A program made the translations under genes and the position numbers. From assembly GCF_009914755.1 (NCBI RefSeq), contig NC_060928.1: DNA of 64,000 bases, one strand, 5' to 3'. The notes under the pieces are model-generated. The model was not told where the DNA came from and ran no database searches. It saw nothing but the letters and a program-made list of their open reading frames with translations. Each line of letters opens with the position of its first letter. The first letter of the stretch is position 1. The DNA comes from the human T2T-CHM13v2.0 reference genome, Homo sapiens. This document shows, in pieces, positions 1-17,077 of the stretch.

Positions 1-299
1 AATGTTGATGCAAGGACAAGATTCTCAGCTGAGATAGGCCCCCAGGCATTTTACATTATGGCATCTTTTCCCCTACAGCTAACAGAACAATACTGTTGTG
101 ATTCTGAAGACCTTTCCAAACTGATATATATGCAAATATACAAAAAAAAAGTAAAGCAGGGAAACCAGTTACAAACATCTTTTAAAGTATAATTTGAACT
201 ATAACCTTCTAAGTTCCACATGTATATAATAGTTTTCCGACAACAAGAGCAATAATAAAAATGACTAACCATCATACAATGTAGTTCTTTTTATACCCC

Positions 300-505
300 A
301 AGTGCTTCTCTAAATGCTTTATAAGCTCTGGAACCATTTAATCATTACAACGGTCCTGTGACAAGTACTATTATACTGAATTTATAGATGAGGAAACTGA
401 TGCTCAGAGTGGGCAAGTCATTTACTCAAATCTTCCTAGCAAGTAAGTGGCAGGACCAAGATTTGCACACAGAAGAATCAACCTCCAACACCCATAATCA
501 TAATC
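300..505 (-). mobile_element. MIR remnant
   Basis: MIR core 'tttatagatgaggaaactgatgctcagag...gtcatttactcaa'. Confidence 0.7.
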
Positions 506-1851
506 ACTATAGCACTAATGAATTTCTATGTCTTGGATACTTGTATAGTTCTTTTAAAACTATATTAGAGATAATAAAATATTATCAAATGAAAACAGAA
601 AAAAGCCTACCTTTATTACAGAAATTAAATACATTACAATTTAAATCTGAAATGTATTATGAAGATGAATATAAGATATATTAGGAGAACTTATATAAGA
701 GAGGCCTTACCTATTTTAGACCGTAGAAAGTGAACTCTGATCCCTAAAACCTACAGTACAACACAAGCTAGTACTCAAGGAAAGCTGTGGATTAACTACA
801 TTAAGTTCTAAAAGTATATATTTTTCATTTTGGATGGAATTCTTTTCAAGAACATATTCACATTTCCATCTTCCTAAAATGTGTTGTCTGCACATGCTTT
901 CATGCTGAAGATAAAGTTTTATAATTATGAACGTTGATTATCAGGATGTGGTCCATCAGTGCTGTCAGGGCATACTGGGGAATAAGAAGCTGTTTCTTCT
1001 TGCACTGAATGGCCCCATACTGCAGTGCTTGTCTGAGTCATGTGTCTGTCCTCTCATTCTCTCCTTCTTTTCCTTGCAACTATTACCTCCCACTAACGTG
1101 TAGTACCCATCTTTAGCAGCCCCTCTGCCCCAATTCTATTTCACTGTTTCTAATTTGGAAGCAGTATGGAAACCAGATAATCAAGCATACTAAAAGTAGG
1201 TATAAGATAAAAATAGATATAGTGTAAACGAGCTGAAACTTTTCAACATCTATTTTTACTGATTGGAGAATTATTTATCTATTTATTTCCGCTTACAGCT
1301 CTAAAGTGTATTATAGATATGAGAGTTGTTGATCTATTTTGCAATACAATTTAAAATAATATAATCCCAGAAAGATTCTACAGAATAATTTAGTATCCTG
1401 ATTATATGTTGAATATAGCCATAATTTTCCTAAATAGAATTGTAATATTAGTAAATCTACATTTCAGCCCATTTATCAATACAAAGTCCAATTCGAGTGG
1501 TCTACCAAATCTAATCAACTAAACCAAACCTCACATTATGTATATTTGTCATATAAGTGCACACATATTCAAATTGTGTACATAATTTTGCCAAACTTGA
1601 AAATCTTGCAAATGTGCTTTGTTGTACTTCCTTATTTAAATGTTTGGTTTTAGCTTCTTTTGCATATCATTGCCTAAAAATAAATAGGTATTATATTTTA
1701 TTTTTTAAGAGAGAGCAAATGAATAGAGTTAGCTTTATAAGGGTTTAAGTCAGGGACACCAGCTGCAAATATTTTGTGCTTACCAATGTGTCTTCTTTCC
1801 TAAATTCCACTTGTGCCAACAGTGAGTAAAATGTTCTAGGATTTCCTCGCT

Positions 1852-1854
<3 letters not shown>

Positions 1855-1893
<39 letters not shown>
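1855..1893. repeat. (TC)n microsatellite
   Basis: Direct reading. Confidence 0.95.
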
Positions 1894-1894
<1 letters not shown>

Positions 1895-2915
1895 CCCAAA
1901 CACCCCACCCCCACTCCAACTTCCAGATAAATGCCAGTCATTTGGCCAGGGCTAACTCACAGAAGGTGCAGCAGGCACAGATGGCACTAATGCATAAATG
2001 TAATCTAGTAAAAGAATGCCAGCGCCAACCCCGAAAAGGTTCCAGATAACGCAGTGCACTTACAGGAAGTCTGTGATTGGCAAGGTTAAAGCTGCAACTG
2101 TGAGAGCTCACTGTCTGTTCCCAGATCAACAATAGAAATTCTCAAGCAAATGAGCATATTTAATTTATTTGCCACAAATGCATTAATTTAGATGGTATTC
2201 AAATAAATGATATATCCTTAGAAATAATACTAAATGTGGATAATTTAATTTGTGCAACTGTCAGAACACACTCAAGTATTCATGTATATCTGAATAGCTA
2301 CTGACTCTGCCCAACCATTCTTTATTTCCTTATTTTTTTCTCTATAGCCCTTGCTACCTGATATCATTATTTGCCCATTAATGTACCAAAATATGCCGCC
2401 TACAGATATTCTCATTCATATCACTCTTCAAATTATTTCAAATTTCATAGGTATTCTGATTTTTTTTATCTGCCTCTTGAGCTAGAGGTAAACCCGACAA
2501 AAAGAGAGACTTGATATATCTTGTTCACTGATCTCTCACAGTGCCTGGTAATACATTGTCAATTAAATGAATATTAAAGAAAATAAACGGATGAATAAAG
2601 GCACTCATACATAATATATGCTTACATGTTAAATAACACTAATATACATTTGAATTTATTGTATACTGTTGATATGTTATCCTGAAGATTATATTTTCTT
2701 TCTTTTTTTTTTGACCAAGTCATATTACCATACTCTAATTGGAATGCCCACCACGAACCAAGGCCTTAAGCATGCATGTTTTGTTAAATTTTAAATACAA
2801 GCAAAATATTAATAACATTAATTTTGGTTCATAATCTTGCCTGTATCTATCCCATGGTAAAGTTTGTTTCTTGAAGAGTGGCAGCAAGAAAAGAGTTAAA
2901 AATTTAGCATGTGAT

Positions 2916-3226
<311 letters not shown>

Positions 3227-3929
3227 GCATGTGATTCAGTCTACAGAGAACTAGATTAGTGAAGGAGGCATTGCAGCAGGAGGGTAGCAACTACATTGCA
3301 GAAAGGATTCCCTTGCATAATTATTTAAGTGGCTCATCACTCCTTAGTGGCATAAAGGAGTGATACATTTTTCTTGGAAAAAGATATTCCTTCCAAATTC
3401 TCCATCATAAGCCTATTTATTTTCTCCTTAACAATACCCCCACTTAAAATAAAAGTAATCCTTGCTGCATTAGTTATAATGGTGCCTTCCCACGGTGAAA
3501 AACTATTGAATATCCTAACACAGAGGACTGTTAAGTGGACTATAGTAAATCTGCTTGGTAAGATGCCAGGTGACTGCTATCATGAAAACTACATAATATA
3601 AAAACCAATAATGGCATAATTTAAAAGTAGGATAGAAATCAGTATTTATATTGTATGGATTCAACTAAGTTTTAGAAAACAGGTTCTGTTCAAAAAACAG
3701 GTTCACAAAAAAGATCAGGTGCCAATTATTTCTTCTCTGTCCTTCAGAAACTTTTGCAATTTGTCTTTAATATATAGGTATTTGTTTTGTATTTTAAAAA
3801 GAAAACAATACCACCTTAGTTATTTGTATGCTTTACCCCATCTCATTCCACAGAAAAAATCTGAAGTTACCTTTTATCCACTGTAATCTCACCACTGAAT
3901 CATATTGTTGGAAGAAAGATATTGGTTTG

Positions 3930-4443
<514 letters not shown>

Positions 4444-4650
4444 AATTGTTTCTATTGTTAGAAACTATGAATAACCATTCATAATTCTGAGTTTTCTTCT
4501 CACATACAAGCTGTAGCATATAAAAATGTGTATATAAAAAGCAATAAAATAGAGTTTCTGTGACAAGAGTATCAGTAAATGACCATCAATGCTTTTGAAT
4601 AGGATGACAGGAATTGTCAAGAATGTAGGTTGTCTTTTAAAACCAAATCT

Positions 4651-4970
<320 letters not shown>

Positions 4971-5365
4971 CTATCATTTAAGACTCTTTTGACTCTTTCA
5001 CCTTATTTTCATCATTTATAAAATATGGAAAGTAATAGCAGCTTACCAGAGGGTTACCAGGAGAATTATGTGAATGTGCATGAAGCTTAATGCCTGATAT
5101 ATGATAAACACTAAGGAAACGCCATGCATTGCTACTATTTCTGTCTAAGAGATCTGAACTGGAAAATAGTTTAATACATAGACTTGTTTTAAATAAAACT
5201 TTAAAATAGATGTTAGGACAAAAAACTCCTCCAAGTAGTCAAGTTTCAAAAAAAAAAAAAAAACTGTCTACTCAGCAGTTCTTTCATGAAGGATACACAC
5301 TAGTCATTGGAAAGAGACCTTGTCTGCTTTCAGGAACTGACTTTGGGCCTTCTGTTAAGAAAACT

Positions 5366-5509
5366 GGGAGGGATAGCATTAGGAGATATACCTAATGTTA
5401 AATGACAAGTTGATGGGTGCAGCACACCAACATGGCACATGTATACATATGTAACTAACCTGCACGTTGTGCCCATGTACCCTAAAACTTAAAGTATAAA
5501 AAAAAAAAA
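5366..5509 (+). mobile_element. 5'-truncated L1PA (L1PA4/5-like) 3' end
   Basis: gggagggatagcattaggagatatacctaatgttaaatgac...ccctaaaacttaaagtataaaa; imperfect TSD ending AACTG on both sides. Confidence 0.9.
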
Positions 5510-8118
5510 CAACTGAATAATGCTGGCCTTTGCTAAGAAATTTGATAGGTTTGTAACACGCCCTTAAAATTAAAGTATATGACCTCTACAAAGGTGGAGA
5601 GTTTAAAAATTACATGTCATCGCCCCCCAACTTTTTTTTTTTAAAGCACTACCATTGACCAATTAGAAAAAGCACCCTTTCCTCCAGGCTGGATTTCAGC
5701 AGTCCCCCCACCCCCACCCTCTCCATTACTCCCTCATTTTCCACCTTTATGCAGGTTATAATTTGCTCAACTATAAACAGCATTCTTGAAATTATTTAAA
5801 GCCTGTGGGGGTATATCATGGATCACAATACGAAAATAAATTAGTGACAAAGAGTTGGGGCCAGACTGTCTAGACAAACATACTGAACATCAAAAGAGGA
5901 GCTCAAAGGCCAGCTGAACTGGAAAAAAAAAGGGAGCCATAAAACTGGAGAAAATGCCAAAGGAGCTTTAACTAGGGTGAAGCCTGAGTCAAAACATTAA
6001 GAAGAAGAAGCAAAGTGCAAGATAGTACACTGACATTTATTAATATAATTGCCTGGCTAAGGCATGTGGGATAGTGAGAAGAAAGTCTTATTTATTTTGG
6101 ATACAGCTATTGCAATGTGAAGAAATTTTAAAACACTTTTATACTTGAATCAAAGGACTTGGAAATCTAAGATGAATTAGCAATGGTTAGCTCTGCCCAT
6201 TTGTGTGTACGTTGTTGGCTACTTGTGTTTGGAAGGAACACTGATATTTCACATTCATTGCAATAAAATATAGTAAATTTCTATTGTGGTCCAGCTGTTG
6301 CATAGCTTTGTTAAAGAGTGACACTTAGGCTAATGTACTCTAAGGAAATGACTCCGTTCCCAGTGGAATCTCTCTTCTGAAACAATAAATGCCTGTTCCA
6401 AAAAAAGAGCACCTTAAACTATGATTCCATTCCAAAGTTGTAAAAAAATGGAATTAATTAGGATTTAGCAAGTGTACAACCTCTAGCCAGGAGTCATATA
6501 TTCTAATTTTGAGATATTATTCATAGTTCTCAATGCAGAGAGTTACTACACATTATTTTTACTATCAGTACAATACCACTTTTTAAAAGGGTTCAGATGT
6601 TTTAATCACTATTACACAAGTACTACAAATGATATAATTAGTTGCATTCTTATTTGCAGAATATTTAATTGATCTCTATTCAGATAAATTTTTAAATGAC
6701 AAAATGCTATTTAACTGTCTTATTTTCAGACCTCCTGTCATCAGAGCTTAGCTACTCTCTTTCAAAACCATTACTATTCTCCTTCACAACCTAGCACTAA
6801 AACTGGTTGCACTGCATTAGAACTCTGCTTAGGTACTTCCTATGCAAGTTTTCTCCTTCATCTCACAACCAAAACCTAAATGAACAATCAAAACATTCTC
6901 ACATTTTTCTAATTCTCCAAAAGTTTCCTTTTCTTTCAAGGTAATTTATGTCCTCATAAAAGCTTAGGTATAATTCCTGATGGGAGAAATTAGTGAAATA
7001 TTTCAACAGTATTCAAGTTGGTCTCAGGGACTGGGAAATAATGCAAAAGAAATAAAAAAAATCCTTTATTAAACGTAAAAGGGAAGAAGAAAAGACTAAC
7101 ACATGAAATAATTAGAAAACAATTAATTTAAAAATTACTGCACAATATTTAAACTAATTCACTTTAAGTTCTGATTATTAATTGCACTATGGGTTATAAT
7201 CACCTTTTTTGTGCTTATAATCATTCCCACCTAGTACAATGGTACTACACTAGTAGTACCACACTAAAGGTACTACACTCTACCACTGTACTAAACAATG
7301 GTAAAAACTACACTTATATTTTCTATTTTTTTCTATCACTTGTATAATGCTAGGCAGAAAGTCAGCAAGCAATGGATAATTGATTATGTATTCATTCAAT
7401 CATTTTAAAGCATTTTTCATTTTAATCTTTGTTGCAAAGAAGAAAAATGTATTAATAATTTTTACTTTTAATACATTAGCATTAACTTTATACAGTTTTA
7501 AAACACTCATAAACTTAATTAAGCTTTTAATTCAGTTATAAATAGGACTCATTCACTGTATTCTCAACAGTAGCATTAAAAAAACCAGGTGCCTATTTCA
7601 TATTCTTAATGAAGCAATTGCTAGCAATAGGAAAACCTCAAAAGATTCACATTTGGCTCAACTAAGTTCCTTGAAAATTAATTACATATAATCATTTAAA
7701 ACAGCACAAAATTGAGCAGAAGAAAAAAAATTTTTGGAAGAATGTTTGTAATATCCATAAATGTTTAGGCTAGTTTGGCTGGTTTCTGATTAACTGCATT
7801 TGGACATATCTTCATTGAAAGTTTCACTGTAACATACTCACAGAAAGCTTTTTATCTGCAAGTGACTTTTTGTGCCACTTGCTTGGGCCACTTTTTCCCA
7901 ACTCTAATTTGCAATTTGTATCTACCCTGAGAGAGGTACTGTCTATCAGGGTATATAGTACCATACTCAAACAGATTTGTTCCGTTATCTAAACTAGAAA
8001 TAAATAAATCATAAAATGTTATGTGTCACTAACAAGGTAACAACTTGAATGCTTATGTATATATTGAGCATCAATTATGTACCCAGCACTGTGATAGTGT
8101 TTTTAAAACCCCCTAAGA

Positions 8119-9019
8119 GAGGAGCCAAGATGGCCGAATAGGAACAGCTCCGGTCTACAGCTCCCAGCGTGAGCGACGCAGAAGACGGTGATTTCTGCAT
8201 TTCCATCTGAGGTACCGGGTTCATCTCACTAGGGAGTGCCAGACAGTGGGCGCAGGCCAGTGTGTGTGCGCACCGTGCGCGAGCCGAAGCAGGGCGAGGC
8301 ATTGCCTCACCTGGGAAGCGCAAGGGGTCAGGGAGTTCCCTTTCCGAGTCAAAGAAAGGGGTGACGGTCGCACCTGGAAAATCGGGTCACTCCCACCCGA
8401 ATATTGCGCTTTTCAGACCGGCTTAAGAAACGGCGCACCACGAGACTATATCCCACACCTGGCTCGGAGGGTCCTACGCCCACGGAATCTCGCTGATTGC
8501 TAGCACAGCAGTCTGAGATCAAACTGCAAGGCGGCAACGAGGCTGGGGGAGGGGCGCCCGCCATTGCCCAGGCTTGCTTAGGTAAACAAAGCAGCCGGGA
8601 AGCTCGAACTGGGTGGAGCCCACCACAGCTCAAGGAGGCCTGCCTGCCTCTGTAGGCTCCACCTCTGGGGGCAGGGCACAGACAAACAAAAAGACAGCAG
8701 TAACCTCTGCAGACTTAAGTGTCCCTGACAGCTTTGAAGAGAGCAGTGGTTCTCCCAGCACGCAGCTGGAGATCTGAGAACGGGCAGACAGACTGCCTCC
8801 TCAAGTGGGTCCCTGACTCCTGACCCCCGAGCAGCCTAACTGGGAGGCACCCCCCAGCAGGGGCACACTGACACCTCACACGGCAGGGTATTCCAACAGA
8901 CCTGCAGCTGAGGGTCCTGTCTGTTAGAAGGAAAACTAACAACCAGAAAGGACATCTACACCGAAAACCCATCTGTACATCACCATCATCAAAGACCAAA
9001 AGTAGATAAAACCACAAAG
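8119..9019 (+). promoter_or_regulatory. L1HS 5'UTR internal sense promoter/CpG island with YY1 site, plus antisense promoter
   Basis: CpG-dense 5'UTR with intact YY1 motif CAAGATGGCCG at 8126-8136. Antisense promoter activity in the middle of the L1HS 5'UTR is established knowledge. Confidence 0.9.
8349..8564 (-). CDS. L1 ORF0 (71 aa, antisense, primate-specific), intact
   Basis: MAGAPPPASLPPCSLISDCCASNQRDSVGVGPSEPGVGYSLVVRRFLSRSEKRNIRVGVTRFSRCDRHPFL within ORF-track entry 8349..8633; ATG at 8564-8562. Confidence 0.88.
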   Translation of the reverse strand: MAGAPPPASLPPCSLISDCCASNQRDSVGVGPSEPGVGYSLVVRRFLSRSEKRNIRVGVTRFSRCDRHPFL

Positions 9020-10036
9020 ATGGGGAAAAAACAGAACAGAAAAACTGGAAACTCTAAAACGCAGAGCGCCTCTCCTCCTCCAAAGGAACGCAGTTCCTCA
9101 CCAGCAACAGAACAAAGCTGGATGGAGAATGATTTTGACGAGCTGAGAGAAGAAGGCTTCAGACGATCAAATTACTCTGAGCTACGGGAGGACATTCAAA
9201 CCAAAGGCAAAGAAGTTGAAAACTTTGAAAAAAATTTAGAAGAATGTATAACTAGAATAACCAATACAGAGAAGTGCTTAAAGGAGCTGATGGAGCTGAA
9301 AACCAAGGCTCGAGAACTACGTGAAGAATGCAGAAGCCTCAGGAGCCGATGCGATCAACTGGAAGAAAGGGTATCAGCAATGGAAGATGAAATGAATGAA
9401 ATGAAGCGAGAAGGGAAGTTTAGAGAAAAAAGAATAAAAAGAAATGAGCAAAGCCTCCAAGAAATATGGGACTATGTGAAAAGACCAAATCTACGTCTGA
9501 TTGGTGTACCTGAAAGTGATGTGGAGAATGGAACCAAGTTGGAAAACACTCTGCAGGATATTATCCAGGAGAACTTCCCCAATCTAGCAAGGCAGGCCAA
9601 CGTTCAGATTCAGGAAATACAGAGAACGCCACAAAGATACTCCTCGAGAAGAGCAACTCCAAGACACATAATTGTCAGATTCACCAAAGTTGAAATGAAG
9701 GAAAAAATGTTAAGGGCAGCCAGAGAGAAAGGTCGGGTTACCCTCAAAGGAAAGCCCATCAGACTAACAGCGGATCTCTTGGCAGAAACCCTACAAGCCA
9801 GAAGAGAGTGGGGGCCAATATTCAACATTCTTAAAGAAAAGAATTTTCAACCCAGAATTTCATATCCAGCCAAACTAAGCTTCATAAGTGAAGGAGAAAT
9901 AAAATACTTTATAGACAAGCAAATGTTGAGAGATTTTGTCACCACCAGGCCTGCCCTAAAAGAGCTCCTGAAGGAAGCGCTAAACATGGAAAGGAACAAC
10001 CGGTACCAGCCGCTGCAAAATCATGCCAAAATGTAA
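9020..10036 (+). CDS. L1 ORF1p, 338-aa RNA-binding/chaperone protein, intact
   Basis: MGKKQNRKTGNSK start; coiled coil and REKG, ARR and YPAKLS motifs all present; full 338-aa length. Confidence 0.98.
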   Translation: MGKKQNRKTGNSKTQSASPPPKERSSSPATEQSWMENDFDELREEGFRRSNYSELREDIQTKGKEVENFEKNLEECITRITNTEKCLKELMELKTKARELREECRSLRSRCDQLEERVSAMEDEMNEMKREGKFREKRIKRNEQSLQEIWDYVKRPNLRLIGVPESDVENGTKLENTLQDIIQENFPNLARQANVQIQEIQRTPQRYSSRRATPRHIIVRFTKVEMKEKMLRAAREKGRVTLKGKPIRLTADLLAETLQARREWGPIFNILKEKNFQPRISYPAKLSFISEGEIKYFIDKQMLRDFVTTRPALKELLKEALNMERNNRYQPLQNHAKM

Positions 10037-10099
10037 AGACCATCGAGACTAGGAAGAAACTGCATCAACTAATGAGCAAAATCACCAGCTAACATCATA

Positions 10100-13923
<3,824 letters not shown>

Positions 13924-13966
13924 ACAATGAGATCACATGGACACAGGAAGGGGAATATCACACTCT

Positions 13967-14001
13967 GGGGACTGTGGTGGGGTCGGGGGAGGGGGGAGGG
14001 A
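13967..14001 (+). other. L1 3'UTR G-rich polypurine tract (G-quadruplex-forming)
   Basis: ggggactgtggtggggtcgggggaggggggaggga, multiple G3-G6 runs. Confidence 0.8.
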
Positions 14002-16649
14002 TAGCATTGGGAGATATACCTAATGCTAGATGACACATTAGTGGGTGCAGCGCACCAGCATGGCACATGTATACATATGTAACTAACCTGCACAATGTGC
14101 ACATGTACCCTAAAACTTAGAGTATAATAAAAAAATAAATAAATAAAAAATAAAACCCCCTAAGAATACTAAATAATTGTTTTTAAGCAAAAACAAGAAA
14201 TATTTTGATGTCTGGTTACTGCTTTATCTAGTTTTTAATCATAAATGACTGCCCTATCCATTCCTCATTTCTAGGAACTGGATATTTCAACACTTTGCAA
14301 AAGTTATCATGAGTTTGATTATAAACATAATTATTGACCATTTAGATGAAGATGTTGAAAAGGAAAGGACACTGAACAAAATGGCAAGTTCTCTTGCTAA
14401 GTCTGAAGGCAGAGTGTCATTCATTCCTGAGTTTGAATCAAGCTAATTAAAACCTTCCAGAGGCTTTGCAAAGCCTAATATCATTGGTAGTGCTTCTCAT
14501 ACAAATTACAAAATATTTTACTCTAGAGGATATCTTTGTGAAGCAGAGAACAGTGACAGAAAGGCAGAAGAGGCGAGAGCTCTAGAATTCAAGTCTATTA
14601 AATGTACTCTAAATGCCTCTGCATTTTCATGCCAAGCTCTCTATAACTAATTCAGCCCCTACAGAAAAATTTAAATAATGCTGAAAAAGTAACACATTAC
14701 ATTAAGTATTGCTACTTTGTTATCCATTGTGACTAAAATATTGTATTATATATAGGAATAATTATTACTGTTATACTTATTAAAAACCATTAAATTACAA
14801 GACCATTTTAAACTGCTGTAGTAGGAGAAAAATGTTCAGATTTTTACAATATCATATTCTGGCACCACACCAAAAACATGATGTACTGCACTGCTTGGGG
14901 GAAAAATGTGAACATGAGTTCTTATACTTGTGTATAGTTCTAATTTGTGTGACAAATAAAAGGTATTTTTTTCAGCATTCACAATAAAAAAAAATTGCCT
15001 ATACTATGCTTGTCACAATATAAAAGTAAGCCATTGGTCTAAGCTGTAGCCCATATGGTTGGTACACATATATTTGTGAGTTTGGTACAACATGCTTTGT
15101 GCTGGCAATTTTAATTTCAATAGCCCATTAATCTTTTAAATACATTAAGCATGTCCACCACTGCTGGCAGACTCTTCTGCCCTTTTGAATCTCCTTTCTA
15201 CCCCAATGTTTTCTCCCTAGAGTTTGAGCTTTCAGCATACAAAGTGACGCCTGCGAACAGGAAGATAAAGAAATTTAATTAAAATTACAGAGTTGTTTTG
15301 TAATTGCCTAACAACACTTCAATTTTCTACTCTAAGTTTTCTAAAATCAAGCATAAATGCATTTGAAGCAGAAAAATTCATGTTTTTAAAAATATTACCC
15401 GAATTATTTAACTCATGATCTGGGGTTGATTTCAAACAGCTTTACTGGAGATAGATTCTTCTATACCAGAGTTATTTAACTAATGAGTATGATGTGCCTT
15501 TTCCTTTCTGCCACATTTCTTATATAAAAAATTGTTCACTGAAGGCAATGGTGAGAAAGCAAATATGCATCAATTTCTTGCCCAATAGAAGAACACTAAG
15601 TAGGTTAAGCAATATGTACAAAAATCTAGTATGGAAATCTCTTTTTTAGGAACATGCCCTAAGTTTTGTTATTTAGCAATAGCTAACCTAACCCTGGAAT
15701 AATCTTATCCTTTAAAATTCCCATTTCAATTTCAGCTTTCAGATTTTCATTGCAACCATCATTCATCTTACATCATTTTATTAGAAGAAATTCACTGATT
15801 GTTTATGTATTGTTATCAATGGCTAAAATAGTTCTTATGCATTTACTCTATGCCAGGCAATCTTTTAAGTGTTTCACAGGTATTAACGTATCTAAATCTC
15901 ACAAAAAATAAAGCAGGGAGTTTATATAACATAAAATAAAGCTGAAAGAAATTTTATATTTTCTGACTTGAGAGCTCCAATACAAGTTGAAACCAAAATA
16001 CATAGCTTTTGTTAGATACCTTTGTATCACAGCCATTCAGAATTCTTTTATAGTATTCATTTGACATCTTTCTCTAGAAGATTTAGTCATCCCACCTCTG
16101 ATATGATGAGAATGGATGAAGGAGCCCCACAGAGTCAGAAAGGTCTAAATTAAACCAACTAGAATCTAAATCAAATGTATTTTAGCCATCACAATATGCC
16201 CTACTTTAATATATTTGTTCCTACAAATAAATATATGCCCCAGATATGCTCACTGAATAATGGTCCTAAATTTTTTTTTAAAAAAGCTGAAAGCAGAGAA
16301 AGTAAGTTTTTTCAAAGTAGAAGATGTAAAATGGTAAAATGTAAGATGAAGGTGACAGAGAGAAATAGAGATACAAATTTTTGAATTATAATTGTAAGCA
16401 TGGTAAAACTAATAATAACAAATATTTATTAAAAACCTTCCAAGTTTTAGTCACTGAACTTTATGCTTTATTATCTCATTTAATCTTCAAACAACCACAT
16501 GAGGTAAGTGTTGTTATATAACGATCCCCATTTAAAATATTTAAAAGAAGAAAAGGAAGTTTAGAAAGATTGAAAATTTGCTTCAAGGCACAAGGTTAGT
16601 AAAAAGTACAACCAGGAATTGGAATCTAGGTATGCCAAGATAGTAACAT

Positions 16650-17077
16650 GGGTTACTAAGTTAGGTCGTGTGCCTCTGCAAACAAACTCTAAGACAAAGA
16701 TTTGTGTGTGAGAAGTTTAATGAGGTAAGTTTTCAGAAACAACCCATTTCTGTGAAATGCAGTAGGATTTGGCAAAAGGAGAATTTGGACTGTGTCACAT
16801 TGGTAACAGAGGTCTCAGCCAATCCCGGGTAAGCTCTGGAGCTGGAATGGCCTTTCAAGCTATTCTTAATTAGGGCAGGAGGCCAACCATTGCAATCTCA
16901 CATCAATCAATCATTGAATATGGGCAGCCCCAGGCAGGGGCTGTAATCTTGGGTGGAGGGGAATTTCCTGAAGAGGGGCTCAACTGCAAATTGTCAGTAG
17001 CCAACTCTTCTGGCATGAGGGAATGAGTGTCTCCATCCTGCAGGGGTATCTGGTAGCACATCATAGTACCCACTACA
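16650..17077 (-). mobile_element. ERVL solo LTR (LTR16A-like)
   Basis: 'gtctcagccaatccc...gctctggagctggaatggcctttc' and terminal '...atctgg...cccactaca' match recalled LTR16A in reverse orientation. Confidence 0.6.

Noticed and set aside
14126-14165. 3' transduction carried by the L1HS
   Set aside because: The short patterned A-tail runs straight into the TSD with no intervening unique sequence.
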